From contig ML992538.1 in NCBI GenBank assembly GCA_010093995.1, forward strand, positions 1-40,621: 40,621 nucleotides of DNA. Reading direction: 5' to 3'. How positions within the stretch are numbered: position 1 is the first letter of the stretch; every line of letters starts with the position of its first letter. Origin of the DNA: Elsinoe ampelina. Taxonomy: Eukaryota. Shown piece after piece: positions 35,437-40,621 of the stretch. The position numbers and the translations under genes were made by a program. The notes below the pieces were generated by a model. That model saw nothing but the letters and a program-made list of their open reading frames with translations, did no database searches and was not told the origin of the DNA.

Positions 35437-37118
35437 ATGGCCACCCAAGATGTGGAGAAGCAATTTGCTACGGACCCAAAAGCAGATCTCGAACAACCGA
35501 GCATATTGCAATCACCAAGTATCGACGACGGCGATGTCACAGAGAAGAGCGTCGTCGAGTCGGAGGATGAGGACGAGGCCATGAAGGCTATGCGTGCGCA
35601 TGGTGGAGAACCTATAGAGATCGACGAGGCCACAAACAAGCGCTTGCTTAGAACCATCGATTGGCACCTCATGCCGGTATGTGCGTCCCGTCGTCAAATT
35701 CTACAAGCACTGACAATGCAAGATAATGTGTGTGTGCTACGGCATGAATTACCTCGATAAGACGACGATATCATATGCATCCATCATGGGACTTCAAGAA
35801 GACCTGAGGCTGAAAGGAGACAACTACCAATGGCTGAGCTCAATGTTCTACTTTGGGTACATCGCTTGGGAATACCCTACTAGCAGGCTGCTGCAACACA
35901 TGCCACTCGGCAAGTACAGCGGGCTCAACATCGTCATCTGGGGAACGATACTAGCATGCTTTGCTGGAGTGAACAATTTCGGTGGAGCCATAGCAGTTCG
36001 CTTCTTCCTCGGCGCTTTCGAAGCAGCAGTGACTCCCGGCTTTGCACTCCTCACATCACAATGGTACACCAAGCATGAGCAAGGTCTTCGTACTGGCATC
36101 TGGTTCTCCTTCAACGGCTGGGCACAAATCTTCGGCGGCATAATCGCTTACGGTATCGCTCGCGGCACCCGAGAGAACGGCTCGACCATCGACCCATGGA
36201 AGATTGTATTCATGCTCTGGGGACTGGTCACCATCTGTCTCGGTTGCATTTTTCTATGGGTCATCCCGGACAGCCAACTTAACGCCCGCTGGCTTTCCAA
36301 AGAGGACCGCATCCTCGCCATCGAGCGAGTCCGCGTCAACCAGCAAGGCATCGGCAACAAGCACTTCAAGCGCCACCAACTCAAAGAAGCCCTCACCGAC
36401 CCGTTGACATGGGCATACGTATTCTACGCCCTCGTCGCCGACATCCCCAACGGCAAGTCCCCCCTTTCCCCACGGATTCTCCCCTCCCACTAACCTCCCT
36501 TCCCCAGGCGGCATCTCCAACTTCTTCTCCCAACTCATCCGCTCCTTCGGCTTCACCTCCGAAGAATCCCTCCTCTACGGCACCCCCGGCGGGGCAGTCG
36601 AGATCCTCGCCCTCCTCATCTGCGGCTGGGCAGGCGACCGCTACCGCAACCGCATCCTCATCTCCTCCTCCGGGCTCATCCTCGCCATGCTCGGCATGCT
36701 GCTCATCATCTGCCTGCCACTGTCCGATCGCGGGGGAAGACTGGCAGGGTACTACCTCACCCAAGCCTCCCCGTGTCCCTTCGTGGCGCTGTTGAGTCTC
36801 ATCTCCACCAACGTGGCGGGGTACACGAAGAAGACGACCGTCGCGGCGTTGTATCTCATTGCGTATTGCGCGGGAAATATCATCGGGCCGCAGACATTTA
36901 GGCCGGGGGATGCGCCGAGGTTCGTGTCCGCGGAGATCACGATTGTGGTGTGTTGGGGACTGTGTTTGGTTGATCTGGCGTTTATTTGGTGGTGGTGTAG
37001 GAGGGAGAATGCGAGGAAGGAGAGGGAGAGGGGGGTTGAGGGATATGTGAAGAGGAAGAATGTGGAGTGGTTGGATTTGACGGATAGGGAGAATGTGGAG
37101 TTTGTGTATAGTTTGTAG
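35437..37118 (+). CDS. MFS transporter, allantoate/anion:cation symporter (Dal5-like) family; exons 35437-35676, 35723-36452, 36508-37118
   Basis: LLRTIDWHLMP, YLDKTTISYASIMG, RFFLGAFEAAVTPGF...WY...EQGLRTGIWFS, IPNGGISNFFS, NVAGYTKK, GNIIGPQTF and DLTDRENVEFVY. Intron 2 is GC-AG. Confidence 0.93.
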
Positions 37119-38363
37119 AGGGCAGAGGATTGGGGTGATGGTCAACTTTGGCAGGCGGAGATGCCCCGCCTGAGTCGTGTGGGCTCACGTTGCATTGAGG
37201 TAGTACAGATAGACAGAGGCTTTTCAAGGAGAAGTAGACTCCTAATATCGGACTGACCTTCATCACTTTCCATCGTTCTTTTCACGACTATGCATCACGT
37301 GACCTGATCATGAAATGCTCTGCCCAAACTAGACGACCATTTCTGTCGCCTGAAATCCGACATTAATCCAACTGAAACGGTGATATTGCGGGCTATCGTT
37401 GATGCCTTGACTAATAAGGTATAAGGCCGTCAACAGCAACATCATTGGCCAGGCTCCTGTCGGACCATGGACTTGCGGCTCAAGCTTGGCCCGAACATCC
37501 CTGGCGTTTCGTGATCGCAAGAATTGTAGAACTGTCAGCATCTGGTAGGAATACTACCGCAAATACTACCAGATGTGAATGGCAAATCCGAGAGTCTGCT
37601 AGACAATAGGTCCTGGTAGTTGTTATACTATAGGTCCTACCAGAACTGGCGTTCCTTAGAAATTGAGTATGTTTCGAGGTGTTGACGACCTGAAAATCTC
37701 GGTATCTCCGATCCCCATGTGTTCCTGTAACTTCACCATCAGCCATAGAACACGTTTTGCATGCTAGGCTATGCATGTCGACCTCGGTAGGGTTCGTGGC
37801 CAGTTCAAGCTTAGCCGCATACTCATCTACCGGTCAAGCGCTATTGGGCAGTCAGGCAGCAATGCTGCGTCACTCGTGTTCTTTCTCATATCTTCATTCT
37901 TCTTTTCATCTCGGAGTATGGTTCTCAATACCTGATGGGTTGACTGAAGGATCAATATCGACCGGTTGACGGGCGGCGGTCTTCGTATTCGCTTTGACAA
38001 GAGGCCGCGCACTCATGTCGCTCTTTTGGGACGCTCTCCAGCTTGAAAGGCAGCTTCAGGCCTCCAACCGTGCCTTAAGGCTGCACGTTGATGAAGAACA
38101 GGGTAGGCAAAGCCAAGCACTGTGTTGCGAATTCCGCTGTTATGAATCCTTACTGGAGTTCCATGAAACACGATATCGACGATCATAGGTGAATTGGCCA
38201 AAGTTACTAGGCCACCACATCGGATGTCTGGTCGTGATTGTCTTGCTCAGTATGGCATGGGGCTGACGCACGACCTTAGCACCTGTATAGCATGTATAAG
38301 GCCGATTCACCCTCGCGCTCTTATCATGCATCAATTGGTGCTTTGAAGCAGACAGAAGCGACT

Positions 38364-39416
38364 ATGAAGACCACCAACATCGCCTTATGCTTAAGACGAC
38401 GAGTATTTCATATCGTCCTTCTCATCATTGTCTTTTCATTAGTTATCTCAACGTGTCGTCGCCAGACGCATTTCGAGAGCTTCCTGCAAAGCCTGAGCAT
38501 CAGCTTCGAGGACTTCCCACCTGACTACCAGGCCGCTTTAGACAAGGCCAAGAAGGACAATACACCTGTCGACTACGACCTTGGGCATCTTTTCAACGAG
38601 ACCTCGACGATAGCTAGAAAGATACATTTCATATGGTTTAAGAACCTCTACGACGACGCATCCCGTCCCTCTCAGATCCCGACCACCGGTTCGGACGCAC
38701 CCGCAGAATGTAGCAAGTTGAATCCTAACTTCGAGATGCTCATCTGGAACTCGACAGCCGCTCGTGATCTACTCTCAGACCATTACGCGTGGTTCATCCC
38801 CACATACGACAACTACCACTACCCCATACAACGCGTAGACGCATTCAAGTACTTTGTCCTATGGCACTTCGGAGGAATATATATGGATCTAGACATCACC
38901 TGCCGCCGATCACTCGAGCCCCTCGTACACTTCCCTGCTTGGTTCCCAAAAGCCCAGCCATTCGGCGTGAACAACGATCTCATGGCGACGCGTCAACACC
39001 ATCCTATCGTGAGACGCATGATGGAATCACTCTATTCGCGAGACAAGAGCCTGATCTTCCCATATTTGACTATATTCTGGAGCACAGGACCACAATTTAC
39101 GAGCGATATGGTCAAGACGTGGTGGCGGGACATTGGGGCTGTGGTGAGTAACACGGTTCATGGCAAGGAGAACGATATAGATAGTATCTACGTTCTGCCT
39201 TTGCCGTTCTACTCGGAGGAGTACTCGTTTTTTGGGCATAGTCCAGGAGGGACATGGCATGGCTCGGACGTGGCGGTGGTGCTTTGGTTCGTGGAGAGGC
39301 CGTGGTTGGCGGTGATGTTGGCAATATCGCCCTTGTGGGTGGCTTTGACCACGTTGATTTGGAGAAAGTGGTCATTGAATACACGCAAGGTCAAGAGGAG
39401 ATGTCTCCCGGTATAG
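38364..39416 (+). CDS. Glycosyltransferase family 32 (DXD) mannosyltransferase, Sur1/Csh1 MIPC-synthase-like
   Basis: N-terminal TM, RKIHFIW, YPIQRVDAFKYFVLWHFGGIYMDLD, GVNNDLM, STGPQF, GGTWH and a C-terminal TM. Confidence 0.88.
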   Translation: MKTTNIALCLRRRVFHIVLLIIVFSLVISTCRRQTHFESFLQSLSISFEDFPPDYQAALDKAKKDNTPVDYDLGHLFNETSTIARKIHFIWFKNLYDDASRPSQIPTTGSDAPAECSKLNPNFEMLIWNSTAARDLLSDHYAWFIPTYDNYHYPIQRVDAFKYFVLWHFGGIYMDLDITCRRSLEPLVHFPAWFPKAQPFGVNNDLMATRQHHPIVRRMMESLYSRDKSLIFPYLTIFWSTGPQFTSDMVKTWWRDIGAVVSNTVHGKENDIDSIYVLPLPFYSEEYSFFGHSPGGTWHGSDVAVVLWFVERPWLAVMLAISPLWVALTTLIWRKWSLNTRKVKRRCLPV

Positions 39417-39971
39417 ATGAGGAGACTTTGGATGTACACTCGTGTAATCAATCATGTCGCCACTATCGCTGCTATCAATGAGGCTGCTCTTTCAATTCAG
39501 CCTTGAACTCCACACATCGTGTTTCATGCGTAGACTTGGTTCAGTTTCTGAAAGACCTTGACAATCAAGCAATGATGGGGGCATTACAGCTGACACATCA
39601 TTACCTCGGGTGTTGCTAGGTCCATGAGGCCGAGTGGTGGGTGAAGCGTAACCATGGATGCGGGAAGTGGATACTCCCAAGCTTGTTTATACCTCGCCCG
39701 TCATGCTCGTCTTCTTCTCTTCTCTCAACACACCAACTACAGACATTCGCTGCAAAACCACAATTGGCTTTGCTTCGCTCTTTTAGAACACTCAATCCAA
39801 CTACCAGCAATCGTTGAAACACTCATTTCAACCGCCCTCCCTACTGCCACTTCGTCCCACTCAACTACCACCAATCACTCGGACGACCACAATCTTTTAC
39901 CCCCTCTCTTTCCTAATCACAATCGCTGAGTCCCCTATTGTTCAGTCACCTACTAACTCTCCTCTAGCACG

Positions 39972-40543
39972 ATGCTTACCACCGCCACCATTGCGGGCGT
40001 ATCTTACGGACTCGAACGATTCAGCAAGCTCTTTGAACCTCTCAGCGAGTACAAACAGGGTGGTCTCCATCCTGTCCATATCGGTGACAAGTTTAAGAGT
40101 GGTAGGTATGAGGTCGTCACAAAGCTAGGTCATGGTAATTCGTCTACTGTGTGGCTCGCTAGGGACAACTTGTAAGAACTTGCCTTCTCCTGAGGATCCA
40201 GCTTGGCTAACAACACACAGTCAAGCGCGATAGGTCGCGCTTAAGGTCCTGCGCGCCGATGCGACACACGACGAGGCAAGAACCTTGCTCCACCTAGCGA
40301 ATGCTACCAAAGACGATGCTGGCCGTCACCCGGTTGTAAAGCTCTACGACTTCTTCTGTCACGCCGGACCGAATGGCTATCACGCCTGTCTGGTTCTGGA
40401 ACTGCTTGGATCGGACGTTTCCCGCGTCCTTCGTAAAACTTTCGATGAGAAAGAGGGCTTCGACCCCATGCCCTACCTCTGCACTGCTTGGATCCTTCTG
40501 GACACTTTGGCTTGGCTTCATCAGCGCCAGGTCTGGCATCTTA
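39972..40543 (+). pseudogene. 5' part of an SRPK-like (CMGC) Ser/Thr kinase carrying an in-frame TAG at 40231-40233; pseudogene or RNA-editing-dependent gene; truncated by the window end
   Basis: EPLSEYKQGGLHPVHIGD...RYEVVTKLGHGNSSTVWLARD, intron 40172-40220 (GTAAGA...CTAAC...CAG), then FQAR*VALKVLRAD...LYDFFCHAGPNGYHACLVLELLG...LAWLHQRQVWHL, then a GTGAGT donor at 40544. Confidence 0.75.
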
Positions 40544-40566
40544 GTGAGTCTTCATTTCAGTTTTGA

Positions 40567-40621
40567 TATCACTGTCCTATCACCTGTCCATTACTTACCC
40601 ATCACTTACCTATCACTTACC
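40567..40621. repeat. 11-bp minisatellite, consensus YATCACTTACC, five copies, running off the window end
   Basis: Units tatcactgtcc / tatcacctgtc / cattacttacc / catcacttacc / tatcacttacc start at 40567, 40578, 40589, 40600 and 40611. Confidence 0.85.

Noticed and set aside
37329..38016. Minus-strand frame interrupted mainly by TGA codons (possible recoding or decayed gene)
   Set aside because: No recognisable protein similarity. The TGAs are explained by an overlapping GAT/GAA-rich open frame, and there is no SECIS-like or organellar signature.
13578..39416. Apparent secretory-pathway/glycosylation cluster (MSC2, ALG1, FLC-like, GH128, PMR1, GT32)
   Set aside because: The genes are interspersed with unrelated housekeeping loci, with no shared motif or regulator seen. 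Such functions are common enough to co-occur by chance.
1..40621. CRISPR arrays, tRNA/rRNA genes, transposase/RT ORFs, telomeric repeats, PKS/NRPS cluster
   Set aside because: None seen; the repeats present are short local duplications or coding low-complexity tracts.

Overview
Eukaryotic DNA from a filamentous ascomycete (Pezizomycotina). The evidence is short 44-99 nt spliceosomal introns with CTRAC/CTAAY branch points and a filamentous-fungal Pex14/17 gene; a black-yeast/Eurotiomycete origin is only a guess. The window is gene-dense core chromosome with about 18 protein-coding loci, many in head-to-head pairs. In order: an orphan protein, AP-2 sigma (APS2), a TFIIIC 90-kDa-type subunit, a conserved membrane hypothetical, Pex14/17, a 3-hydroxyacyl-CoA dehydrogenase-family enzyme, Bfr1, an Msc2-type Zn transporter, ALG1, an FLC/TRP-like channel, a CE3 esterase with CBM1, a diaminopropionate ammonia-lyase-like PLP enzyme, a GH128 glucanase, PMR1, RAD21, a Dal5-like MFS permease, a GT32 mannosyltransferase and a truncated SRPK-like kinase. 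I saw no transposon, rRNA, tRNA, CRISPR or biosynthetic gene cluster. Most interesting: (1) the kinase has an in-frame TAG where an aromatic residue is expected and an A where the catalytic Asp codon should begin with G, which fits either A-to-I restorative editing or RIP damage; (2) a recurring C/A-rich to G/T-rich strand-skew switch near gene 3' ends; (3) two CTGGTAG-N17-CTACCAG dyads in an intergenic region; (4) a CE3 intron whose retention would cleanly remove CBM1; (5) a strongly structured intergenic element between GH128 and PMR1; (6) two GC-AG introns. All exon structures were deduced by eye and no database searches were run.
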